23,293 nucleotides of DNA. Origin: Gemmatimonadales bacterium (GTDB taxonomy: Bacteria > Gemmatimonadota > Gemmatimonadetes > Gemmatimonadales > GWC2-71-9). Under the pieces are notes generated by a model that did no database searches, was not told the origin of the DNA, and saw only the letters and a program-made list of their open reading frames with translations. Below are positions 9,274-17,334 of this stretch, piece after piece. The stretch lies in assembly GCA_041615815.1 (NCBI GenBank), contig JBFJCP010000046.1, positions 1 through 23,293 on the forward strand. Reading direction: 5' to 3'. Position numbers and translations under genes: made by a program. Every line of letters begins with the position of its first letter. Within the stretch, counting starts at the first letter, position 1.

Positions 9274-9700
9274 CGCGTTACGCAGGGGAAGGGGAGAGAC
9301 GAGCTGTCTCGACCACGCCTTGTGTGGCGGACTCGGGCGAGAACTTCCGGGGAGGCCGCCGACGAACCGAGGGCTCAGGCGTCCGGCGATCCGGGTGACC
9401 ACATCGACTCGAGTCGACGAGGCCAGTCGCGTGCCTCGTCCACGCCGGTCTAGCGCCCCGGCGTGCAGTGCGGAAGGTCGGTCCGCGACTCGATCTGATC
9501 CGTAGCGCGGTGGGCTGGTGAACCGATCGGCTGGCCAGCTGATTCGGGGATGGAGGACGGAGCTCCTGGGAGCCACACGGCGAGCGCCACAGTTTGCCGA
9601 GGCCTTGGGAAGAAGAACAGGCGGAGCAATCCCCTGACTCCGGCTAACCAGTCTGCGGGGCGGTCTGCCACCTTCGGGTGTGCAGGCCGCCTCTTTTTTT
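9274..9700 (+). ncRNA. Candidate large structured ncRNA of unknown family (~380 nt plus terminator)
   Basis: Bounded by a promoter and an intrinsic terminator, both flanking genes are on the - strand, there is no credible ORF, and more than ten mutually compatible helices were found by eye (see findings). Confidence 0.65.
9657..9700 (+). terminator. Rho-independent terminator
   Basis: GGGGCGGTCTGC-CACC-TTCG-GGTG-T-GCAGGCCGCCTC followed by T7 (9694-9700): 16-bp stem with a C(UUCG)G tetraloop and a U-tract on the + strand only. Confidence 0.88.
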
Positions 9701-9763
9701 GGGGAGGTCAGAAGCGCCTCCCGCCCTTTCTTCTCCCTCTCAGCTCTGCCTCTGCCCTCTCAG

Positions 9764-11713
9764 TTAGTTCACCTCCACATACGTCATCGGATTCGCCGGA
9801 TAGTTCCGCTGGGGTAGGGACCGATACCGAAATCGGCCGCCTTCCAGGTTCGCGACCATCACGGTCATGCGAAGTCCCGTGGGACGGTCGACGGCCAGGG
9901 AGAGTTCCAACTGGTACCCCTCCGAGGTCGAACGACTCCGGTACTCGAGCCCGTTCGCCAGCGCTTGGAGCGGCTGGGAGAGTGGGCGGTCCAAACTCGT
10001 CAGCACGAACTCGGTGAAGCGGAGGTTCCGGCGTGCGGCCACGTTCTTGGCCATGAATCCGTGGTAATCGAGACTCCATACGGTTGCCTGGGCACCGGGT
10101 GGTGGCGTGAGCACGATGACCGGATCCTCGTAACCGATGTGTGTCCGACCCGTGGGGTCGTAATCGAGGATGACAGCCACATGATCACCCTCGCCCGCTT
10201 CGGCACCAGGACGAGCCCGCACGTCGGCATCCCGGACCCGAAGCCCGAGAACCAGACGATTCCCCTGGCGTGCGATGGCGCCCAGCGCTACGGCGTCGGG
10301 ACCTGCGGTTCCATGAAACCGCCGCCACGCTGGTCCATCCCACTCATCGAGGACGCCGTCCACGGTGATGGGCCTCGCCGGAGTGATAGCCTCTACCCGG
10401 TCCAGGTCGGCGCGATAGACGAGTTGCGCTCCCTGCGACTCGTACCTCTCGTCATTCCTGAGACGCGTGAGCTGTTGGCGAGTCCCCGCGACGATGGCAC
10501 TGAGCTCCGCGACCAAGGATCGAACGGTGTCCCGAGTGTCGAACGGCGGACCACTGAGCATTTCGAGTGCGCGCTCCAGTGCCTCGATTGCAGCTTCGAC
10601 CGCCCGTTCATCGATGGGAGTCCCGGGTGCGAACAACGGCTCGAAGAGATGTGCATCCCATCCGTAGCTTCTATAGACATCGAAGAACGGAGCGAGATGC
10701 TCGGTCACGTCCCGACCGAACAGATCGAGCGCAGCGTCACGAATGGCAGCACGGGGCTCGTAGGTGTCGGGGTTACGCCCGTACGCCGCCACGGTGGCCA
10801 CCGGGAGCATGGACGCCCAGGGTTGGTTCATGGGGTTGGAGACGATCCCGACGGCCGCACTCGCGAGGTCGGCGCTCCGTCCGCGCACGGGGCCGAGAAA
10901 CACGCGCCATCGGGCGTAGTCGTTGACCGGGAAATTGTCCCAGATGAGCGGTGGGCGGCCCATGATCTCACCCCAGGTCCGCGCGGCCTCGGCGGTAATC
11001 TCGCTGGACGCCACATCGGGGCCGGTCCAGAAGAAAGGAATACTGGATGGGACGAGCTGCCCGAGCCGCCGAAGATATTCCCGGTCCCCCCAGGCGTTAG
11101 TGTAGGTGGTGGGGGTCACGACCAGCTCGGTGTCCTGGTCCTCGAGAAACGTGTGCAGGGCGTTGATCAGGTCCGCGTGGGCATCTGCCAGCGTGGAGAA
11201 TCTCGCCGCGTCCGCCGCATGGACCAGCGTTTGCGGGACGTCGTCCAGCATTAGCGCCACGTGCCGAATACCGAGGCCAAGGACCGTGGAGATCTTGTCT
11301 TCCAGGGCCGCCCGGTCCGCCGCGTCCGAGTACACCATGCTCAGTCCTGGGCTGATCGAAAAGTAGAAATCGATGTTTTCCGCCCGGGCGACCGCCGACA
11401 GCTCCTCCAAGCGCTCGAGGTCGGCAGCGGGATAGGCCTCACGCCACCGGTCGCGGTGGTAGGGATCGTTCTTGGGCGCGTAGTAGTAGACGTTCATCCC
11501 GACGCGCCCCATGAACCGGAGCATGGCAATCCGCTCCGCATGGGACCACGGCTGGCCGTAGAAGCCCTCGATCACGCCGACTTGGTGAAACGGCACGGCG
11601 GGGCCAACCGGACGTGCGCCCACGTCGGCCGGTGGCCCGTGCGGACTCAGGATCCAAATCACGGCAGCGACCATGACCGCCGCGACGCTCATCACGATCG
11701 GGACCGGACGCAT
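9764..11713 (-). CDS. GH84 beta-N-acetylglucosaminidase (O-GlcNAcase/hyaluronidase family) with N-terminal membrane anchor/signal and C-terminal CBM9/DOMON-like domain, ~649 aa
   Basis: GVIEGFYGQPW, YYYAPKNDPYHR..WRE.YP, SISPG, catalytic Asp-Asp in ALMLDDV, FFWTGP, IWDNFPVNDY and NPMNQ. The C-terminal domain begins PITVDGVLDEW. The start ATG (11713) overlaps the ligD stop (TGATG). Confidence 0.9.
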   Translation of the reverse strand: MRPVPIVMSVAAVMVAAVIWILSPHGPPADVGARPVGPAVPFHQVGVIEGFYGQPWSHAERIAMLRFMGRVGMNVYYYAPKNDPYHRDRWREAYPAADLERLEELSAVARAENIDFYFSISPGLSMVYSDAADRAALEDKISTVLGLGIRHVALMLDDVPQTLVHAADAARFSTLADAHADLINALHTFLEDQDTELVVTPTTYTNAWGDREYLRRLGQLVPSSIPFFWTGPDVASSEITAEAARTWGEIMGRPPLIWDNFPVNDYARWRVFLGPVRGRSADLASAAVGIVSNPMNQPWASMLPVATVAAYGRNPDTYEPRAAIRDAALDLFGRDVTEHLAPFFDVYRSYGWDAHLFEPLFAPGTPIDERAVEAAIEALERALEMLSGPPFDTRDTVRSLVAELSAIVAGTRQQLTRLRNDERYESQGAQLVYRADLDRVEAITPARPITVDGVLDEWDGPAWRRFHGTAGPDAVALGAIARQGNRLVLGLRVRDADVRARPGAEAGEGDHVAVILDYDPTGRTHIGYEDPVIVLTPPPGAQATVWSLDYHGFMAKNVAARRNLRFTEFVLTSLDRPLSQPLQALANGLEYRSRSTSEGYQLELSLAVDRPTGLRMTVMVANLEGGRFRYRSLPQRNYPANPMTYVEVN

Positions 11714-14259
11714 CAGTCCTTCCCTTTGGTTTGCCCGGCATCGAGGCGCTCGTGGAGCCGCTGGAGGGCTCCGACGAGATCGGGACTGAGGTCGATGACC
11801 TGCGCCATGGGATCCTCGCCCAGTCGGCGCATGCGCTCGGGGACGCTCCGAATCGTATGATGACCGATACGCAGCGTCTCGCTTACCTCGCTCCACTCGA
11901 GCGGCGCGGACACTGGTGCGCCGGGAAGCGGACGTACGCAGAAGGGTGACACGAGTAACCGACCGTGTCCGTTTTGGACATAGTCCACGTACACCTTGCC
12001 CTCTCGCCTGGACGGTTGTCTCGTGATGGTGGCGATGGTGGGCAGCTCATCCGAGATCACCCGTGCCAATAGACCGCCCAGAGAACGCGACTGCTCGTAC
12101 GTGCACTGTTTGCCAAGGGGTACAAGGACGTGCAATCCGGTGGATCCGCTCGTCTTGATGAAAGCGGGAAGCTCGATGTCGTCGCAGAGCCTGCGGATCG
12201 CGTTGGCCACCTGGATTACATGCTCGAACGGTGCGTCCTTGGGATCCAGATCGAGGATGCACCAGTCCGGATGTTCGAGGTCCGTCACACGGCTGGACCA
12301 GACGTGCAGCGGGATGGCTGCGAGATTGATGATGTAGAGCAGGGATTCGACGTCGTCGCACACGAAATATCGGAGTTCACGCTCCGATCCCTCACTCCAG
12401 AGTGTCTCGGTCCGGATCCAGTCTGGCGCAAAGACCGGGGCGTCCTTTTGAAAGAACGATTTCCCGTCGATCCCATCGGGGAATCGCGTGAGGACAAGCG
12501 GTCGATCCCGCAGGTAGTGCAGCATCCAGTTCCCGATATCGCGGTAGTACGCAATCAGATCGCCTTTGGTGTAGCCCTGCTCCGGCCAGAAGACTTTGTC
12601 CAGATTCGAGAAGACGACCTTGCGTTCGGGTTCGGTGTTCTCGAGTTCCGGTTGCACCGGCTCGGGTAGCTCCTCGTCCGTCGTCTCCCGCGTGCACTCA
12701 TGCGGCCGCTTGTCGTCGCGCATCCGCATGAAAACCGGGTGCCGGAGCAGCCCAATCTCCGTCAGCTCCTTGAATCGCACCTCGCACACGAGCTCGGGCT
12801 CCACCCATCGGTGTCCGGCGCCGGTGGGCACCGTGCCGGTGCACGGCGGCGTCTCCCGCGCCAGTGCGTCCAGCTCGACCGCAATCTCATCGATTTGCTC
12901 TCCGCTGAACCCGGTGCCAACGCGGCCGGTGTACACGAGCTCGCCATCCACATACTGCCCAACGTGGAGCGCGCCGAACCCGGAACGGGCGCCTTTGGGC
13001 TCGGTGTACCCCACCACCACGAAGTCGTCCGTACGATCCACGCGGATCTTGAGCCACAGGGCTGACCGCCCGCCCCGGTATGGCGCGTCGGCCTTCTTCG
13101 CCACCAGCCCCTCGAGCCCGAGTTTTTCGACCTCGGCGTACATCGCTTCCCCCTGCTCGGGGATGTGCTCCGAATACCGAAGGGGGCCCGCCGTGGGCAG
13201 GATGTCGCGCAGCAGGCTCTTGCGAGTCTCCAAGGGAAGAGGCCGGAGATCGTACTCCTCGAATGCGAGGAGGTCGAAGACGTACAGCGTGGCCGGAAGC
13301 TCCACGGCAGCCCGGGCAATGTCCGGACGGCGTTGCAGCTTGGCGCGCTTCTGAAGCCGATGAAAGCTGGGCAGCCCGCGGTCGTCATGTACCACGACCT
13401 CGCCGTCCAGGACCACATGGGAGAACGGCAGGCGGCCGACCACCTTGGCCACCTCGGGGAAGACTTCGGTGAGATCGTGTCCGGCGCGGGAGCGGAGCAA
13501 GGCTCCGTCATCCTCCCGTGCGGCGAGCAGGCGATAGCCGTCGTACTTGAGCTCGAACACCCAGTCCGGCTTCGAGAACACCTCGTCGCGAGGTTCGGCG
13601 AGCATGATCTCGATGGCCCGGGCATCCACGGGCTCGTTTGACGGCGCGTTCAGTTCGCGCAGGCGCTTGCGAACGGCCACGGCCGGGTCGGCGCCCTCCT
13701 TGAGCTCCTCCACGGTGCGGCCCGAAAAGATCGAGTCTTCCGGATAGGCATATGCCGCGTCGCGCGCGTAGGCGTCCCGCTCCTTGATCAGGAGCCATTC
13801 CTTGGGATCCCGCTTCGTTCGAACGAGCGTCCATCGACCGCGGAGCTTGTAGCCCTTGAGATCGAACAGGAGCTTGCCGTTCTCGAAGGACTCCGCCGGA
13901 TCTTCGTACGGTACCCAAACTCCCTGATCCCAAACGATCACTGCGCCCGCGCCATAGTTTCCCTCCGGGATCATTCCCTCGAAGTCCGCATATTCGAGGG
14001 GATGCGGCTCGACCGAGACAGCGAGTCGCTTCTCGTTGGGATCGGCGGCGGGGCCCCGCGGCACCGCCCAAGAGTGGAGCACGCCGCCCCACTCCAATCG
14101 GAGGTCGAAATGTGTCCGACGAGCGGCGTGTTTCTGCACCACAAAAATGTCACCGCCCGGTGTCGCTCCGGTTCCAAACGGCTCGGGAGTTCGGTCCGGC
14201 GATCGCTTGGCCCGATAGGCGCTCAGGCGGTCGGTGTCGGTGGGTTTTCTTGCGGGCAT
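11713..14259 (-). CDS. ligD: NHEJ DNA ligase D (3'-phosphoesterase - ATP-dependent ligase - polymerase), 848 aa
   Basis: Phosphoesterase: FVVQKHAARRTHFDLRLE, SWAVPRGP. Ligase: ELKYDGYR, LDGEVV, FDLL, EGLVAKK, WLKIR. Polymerase: RFPDG...FFQKD, DLDP, KTSGSTGLHV, DYVQN. Confidence 0.97.
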   Translation of the reverse strand: MPARKPTDTDRLSAYRAKRSPDRTPEPFGTGATPGGDIFVVQKHAARRTHFDLRLEWGGVLHSWAVPRGPAADPNEKRLAVSVEPHPLEYADFEGMIPEGNYGAGAVIVWDQGVWVPYEDPAESFENGKLLFDLKGYKLRGRWTLVRTKRDPKEWLLIKERDAYARDAAYAYPEDSIFSGRTVEELKEGADPAVAVRKRLRELNAPSNEPVDARAIEIMLAEPRDEVFSKPDWVFELKYDGYRLLAAREDDGALLRSRAGHDLTEVFPEVAKVVGRLPFSHVVLDGEVVVHDDRGLPSFHRLQKRAKLQRRPDIARAAVELPATLYVFDLLAFEEYDLRPLPLETRKSLLRDILPTAGPLRYSEHIPEQGEAMYAEVEKLGLEGLVAKKADAPYRGGRSALWLKIRVDRTDDFVVVGYTEPKGARSGFGALHVGQYVDGELVYTGRVGTGFSGEQIDEIAVELDALARETPPCTGTVPTGAGHRWVEPELVCEVRFKELTEIGLLRHPVFMRMRDDKRPHECTRETTDEELPEPVQPELENTEPERKVVFSNLDKVFWPEQGYTKGDLIAYYRDIGNWMLHYLRDRPLVLTRFPDGIDGKSFFQKDAPVFAPDWIRTETLWSEGSERELRYFVCDDVESLLYIINLAAIPLHVWSSRVTDLEHPDWCILDLDPKDAPFEHVIQVANAIRRLCDDIELPAFIKTSGSTGLHVLVPLGKQCTYEQSRSLGGLLARVISDELPTIATITRQPSRREGKVYVDYVQNGHGRLLVSPFCVRPLPGAPVSAPLEWSEVSETLRIGHHTIRSVPERMRRLGEDPMAQVIDLSPDLVGALQRLHERLDAGQTKGKD

Positions 14260-14285
14260 GTTCTCGTCGATATTAAGATAGCGCT

Positions 14286-15146
14286 ATGCCAGCGCGTCCC
14301 ATTGGATCGGCCACTCTCTCGTTTGGCCTCGTCTCCATCCCCATCAAGCTGTATGCGGCCGGGGAACCGTCCAGGCGGATTTCGTTCAATCTACTCCACA
14401 ACAAGTGTGGGTCCCGCCTCAAGCAGCAATACATCTGTCCCGAGGACAACGAAAAGGTCGAACGCAGCGATATGGTGAAGGGGTACGAATTCGCCAAGAA
14501 CCAGTACGTGACCTTCACCCCCGAGGAGCTCAAGGCGCTGGAGGAGAAAGCGACGGAGCGGATCGACATCGACGAGTTCGTCCCCGCGGAGACGGTACCG
14601 CGGAACTACGTGGACCGAACCTATTACCTCGGACCGGACAAGGGTGGCGACCGGGCCTATCGGCTGTTGTCCAAGGCGTTGCGGGACGCCGGGCGCGCTG
14701 CCATCGCCCGGTATGCGGCTCGCGGCAAACAATACCTCGTGATGGTCCGACCCATGGACGACGGTTTGGTCATGGAGCAGCTCCTCTACGCGGATGAGGT
14801 GAAGCCGTTCGCCGAAGTGCCGCTGGGGGAGGGCGACATCAAAGAGGAAGAGCTCAAACTGGCCCAGCAACTCATCGACCAGGCCGCCTCCGACGAGTTC
14901 CATCCAGAGAATTACAAAGACGACGTGCGGGAGCGCATTCTGGATCAGATCCAGCGGAAGGTCGAGGGCGAAGAGATCACCACGGCGCCCACCGAAGCAC
15001 CGCAGACGCAGGTGATCGATCTGATGGAAGCGCTCAAGGCGAGTCTCGCCGGCGGAGGGCCCGAGGGCGAGGAACGAAAACCCGCCAAACGTGCGGAAAC
15101 GAAGTCCGCCTCCAAGCGAAAGGCACGAAAAGCGTCGAGCGGCTAG
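14286..15146 (+). CDS. ku: NHEJ DNA end-binding protein Ku, 286 aa
   Basis: LSFGLVSIPIKLY, VKGYE, IDIDEFV, YYLGPD, AYRLL, F.PE.YKD, VIDLMEALKASL and a Lys/Arg-rich C-terminal tail. Divergent from ligD. Confidence 0.97.
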   Translation: MPARPIGSATLSFGLVSIPIKLYAAGEPSRRISFNLLHNKCGSRLKQQYICPEDNEKVERSDMVKGYEFAKNQYVTFTPEELKALEEKATERIDIDEFVPAETVPRNYVDRTYYLGPDKGGDRAYRLLSKALRDAGRAAIARYAARGKQYLVMVRPMDDGLVMEQLLYADEVKPFAEVPLGEGDIKEEELKLAQQLIDQAASDEFHPENYKDDVRERILDQIQRKVEGEEITTAPTEAPQTQVIDLMEALKASLAGGGPEGEERKPAKRAETKSASKRKARKASSG

Positions 15147-15174
15147 GCAGTACCCGCGCGCGGCGCCCCTCCCC

Positions 15175-16005
15175 ATGACCGACTACAGTACCCGCGACGT
15201 GGCAGACCTGATGGATCTGTCGGTACATCAGGTTCGCTCCTACGTGCGCGCGGGACTGCTCGCGCCGGAGCGTGACGGCTCGGGTGCGCTGCGCTTTTCC
15301 TTCCAGGACATCGCGTTCCTTCGCACCGCCAAAGCGCTGATGGCGGCGAGCATCCCACCCCGTCGAGTGCGCAAAGCGCTTCGCCAGTTGCGGGCGCAGC
15401 TTCCCGATGGGGTGCCCCTGTCCGCCGTGTCGATCGACATCGATGGTGGCCGGATCGTCGCGCGCGACGAGGCCACGGTCTGGCATCCCGAATCGGGCCA
15501 GATGCTGTTCAACTTCTCGGGCCTGCCACCAGACGTGGAACCCATGGAAGAGCGGCGGGCGGAGCGTCTGCGCAAGGCGTGGGCAAAGATGGACGCCGAG
15601 CACTGGTTCGAAGTCGCCGCCGAGCTGGAGGGGGTGAACCAGACGGAAGCCCTCGAGGCCTACGGGCGCACGATCGAGCTCGATCCCACGCACGCCGATG
15701 CCCACGTCAATCTCGGTCGGCTGCTGCACGACCAGGGGCGAGTCCGCGAGGCGGCGCAGCATTATCGTGACGCGCTGGAAGCGCGGCCGGAGCATCCCAT
15801 CGCGGCATTCAATTTTGGCCTTGCCCTGGAAGACCTGGGCCGACCAGCGGAGGCCGTGGTCGCCTACCGACAGGCGCTCGCGAGCCAGCCGGAATACGCA
15901 GATGCGCATTTCAACCTGGCACGGGTGTACGAGCGTCTCGGGCAACCCGCCGCGGCGCTTCGTCACATGAGCACGTACAAACGCCTCGTGGACGACAACG
16001 TTTAG
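15175..16005 (+). CDS. MerR-type helix-turn-helix protein with C-terminal TPR repeats, ~276 aa
   Basis: Start reassigned to ATG 15175. N-terminus YSTRDVADLMDLSVHQVRSYVRAGLLAP...LRFSFQDIAFLR is a MerR HTH pattern. The C-terminus has ~4 TPRs (AHVNLGRLL, AAFNFGLALEDLG, AHFNLARVYERLG). Confidence 0.87.
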   Translation: MTDYSTRDVADLMDLSVHQVRSYVRAGLLAPERDGSGALRFSFQDIAFLRTAKALMAASIPPRRVRKALRQLRAQLPDGVPLSAVSIDIDGGRIVARDEATVWHPESGQMLFNFSGLPPDVEPMEERRAERLRKAWAKMDAEHWFEVAAELEGVNQTEALEAYGRTIELDPTHADAHVNLGRLLHDQGRVREAAQHYRDALEARPEHPIAAFNFGLALEDLGRPAEAVVAYRQALASQPEYADAHFNLARVYERLGQPAAALRHMSTYKRLVDDNV

Positions 16006-16020
16006 CCGCGGCGTCTCCCC

Positions 16021-17133
16021 ATGACGGCGCCACCCACGGATGGACGATTCCGCGTCACCTACCGCCTGACCTGCCCCCCCGACGAGAACCCGACGGACAA
16101 AGCGCTCGCTCTGGTGCACGAGCAGACCGTCGAGCTTCCCTCCTCATGCCTCCCCGCTCACGTTGCCAAGGAGATTGTGGGCCGCGTCGAGCGCGTGGAG
16201 CCGGTGGACGAGCTAAGATGGCTCGCGACCGTGTCGTACACCAATGCCACGGTAGGGACGGGACTCCTTCAGTTCGTGAACCTCCTGTTCGGCAACATCT
16301 CGATGCAACGCGGGATCCTGCTCGTAGATCTCGAGATTCCTCCCGAAATCCTTCGGCAAGTGGGAGGACCACGCTTCGGGATCCACGGGTTGCGCACGCT
16401 CTGCGGCGTCGATCAGCGGCCGCTCGTGTGCACCGCTGCCAAGCCGTTGGGACTCACGGCGGTGGAGCTCGCACGAGTCTGTGGTGCCTTCGCGTTGGGG
16501 GGGATCGACGTCGTGAAAGACGATCACGGGCTCGCCAACCAACCGGCTGCGCCGTTTCTGGAGCGTGTGCAGCGATGTCAGGACGCCGTGGAGGAGGCCA
16601 ACGCCAAGACCGGTGGCCGGACACTCTATTTTCCCAACCTGTCGCGCGGCGGAAGCGCATTGGCGGAGGATCTCGAGGGGGCACGATCCGCAGGGTGCCG
16701 CGGGGTGCTCCTCAGTCCGCTGGTCATGGGGTTCGAAACGGTGACTGACGTGGCCGCTCGAGCCGACATGGCTGTCCTTGGTCATCCGGCGTTGGCTGGC
16801 GCGTTCTTCCACGCAGATCACGGGATCACCCCGGACGTCCTGCTAGGACTGCTTTTTCGTCTGTTGGGGTGTGACGGAGTGATCTACCCCAACGTCGGTG
16901 GACGGTTCGCCCTCACGCAGACCGATTGTGACGCGATCAATCACCGCCTACGCACCCCGGGTCTCGGGATGCGGCCGGCCTTTCCCGTTCCAGCGGGTGG
17001 CATTGACGTGGCCCGTATGCCGCACTGGGTCGAGCGATACGGAAGGGACACCATGTTTCTGATTGGTGGAAGTCTGTATCGGCAGAATGACCTCACGGCC
17101 GCCGCGCAGCGGCTCGTGGCGGCGTTGAGCTAG
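16021..17133 (+). CDS. RuBisCO-like protein (form IV), 370 aa
   Basis: EQTVE, LFGNISM, GPRFGI.GLR, KPLG, KDDHGL (His in place of the RuBisCO KDDE Glu), YFPN, HPA, PAGG and LIGG. The short length is typical of RLPs. Confidence 0.92.
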   Translation: MTAPPTDGRFRVTYRLTCPPDENPTDKALALVHEQTVELPSSCLPAHVAKEIVGRVERVEPVDELRWLATVSYTNATVGTGLLQFVNLLFGNISMQRGILLVDLEIPPEILRQVGGPRFGIHGLRTLCGVDQRPLVCTAAKPLGLTAVELARVCGAFALGGIDVVKDDHGLANQPAAPFLERVQRCQDAVEEANAKTGGRTLYFPNLSRGGSALAEDLEGARSAGCRGVLLSPLVMGFETVTDVAARADMAVLGHPALAGAFFHADHGITPDVLLGLLFRLLGCDGVIYPNVGGRFALTQTDCDAINHRLRTPGLGMRPAFPVPAGGIDVARMPHWVERYGRDTMFLIGGSLYRQNDLTAAAQRLVAALS

Positions 17134-17334
17134 CCTCCGAATACCGCGACCGAACTTCCAGAGACCCCTTGCGTTCCGGTGTACCTGTTGCGCCAGCGCT
17201 ACTGTGGCGTTAGAACCACATTCCGGTTGTCTCCCCCGGGTTAGGTCGGCCACGCTCGACCGGTCGCCGGTCTGCAAGTTGGCCTCAGGCATCGACTCCT
17301 GGGGCGGACACCGGTGCGTGAATGCCGCAGCCCC

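Noticed and set aside
9338..9648. RNase P RNA: GAGAACTTCCGGGG and GACTCCGGCTAAC loosely echo the two P4 strands
   Set aside because: The near-universal GAGGAAAGUCC and ACAGAA...GGCUUA sequences and the other conserved regions are absent; the resemblance is too weak to call rnpB.
9536..9656. c-di-AMP (ydaO) riboswitch: GCTGATTC ... GCTAACC motifs
   Set aside because: It lacks the GGGGUGAAUC and CCCGAACCCGUCAGC elements in the right order, and no same-strand gene follows the terminator.
9274..9700. tmRNA, SRP RNA, tRNA or group II intron
   Set aside because: No tRNA-like ends (GGGG...TTCGA...CCA), no SRP CAGG-GNRA-AGCA domain IV in context, and no domain V sequence or intron-encoded protein.
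8875..10079. ORFs 8932-9453(+), 9107-9505(+), 9550-10017(+), 8875-9252(-), 9262-9576(-) and others in the interval
   Set aside because: Arg/Pro/Gly-rich, no recognisable motifs or good ribosome-binding sites, and some run across the promoter or the terminator. Typical high-GC spurious ORFs.
14248..14297. LigD and Ku both begin with MPAR, suggesting an inverted duplication
   Set aside because: The codons differ (ATGCCCGCAAGA versus ATGCCAGCGCGT) and similarity ends after four residues; most likely coincidence.
15175..16005. O-GlcNAc transferase partner for the GH84 enzyme
   Set aside because: It has TPRs but no GT41 catalytic domain, and the GH84 protein appears to be exported.
16021..17133. 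CO2-fixing RuBisCO / Calvin cycle
   Set aside because: KDDH instead of KDDE, only 370 aa, and no small subunit or phosphoribulokinase in the window.
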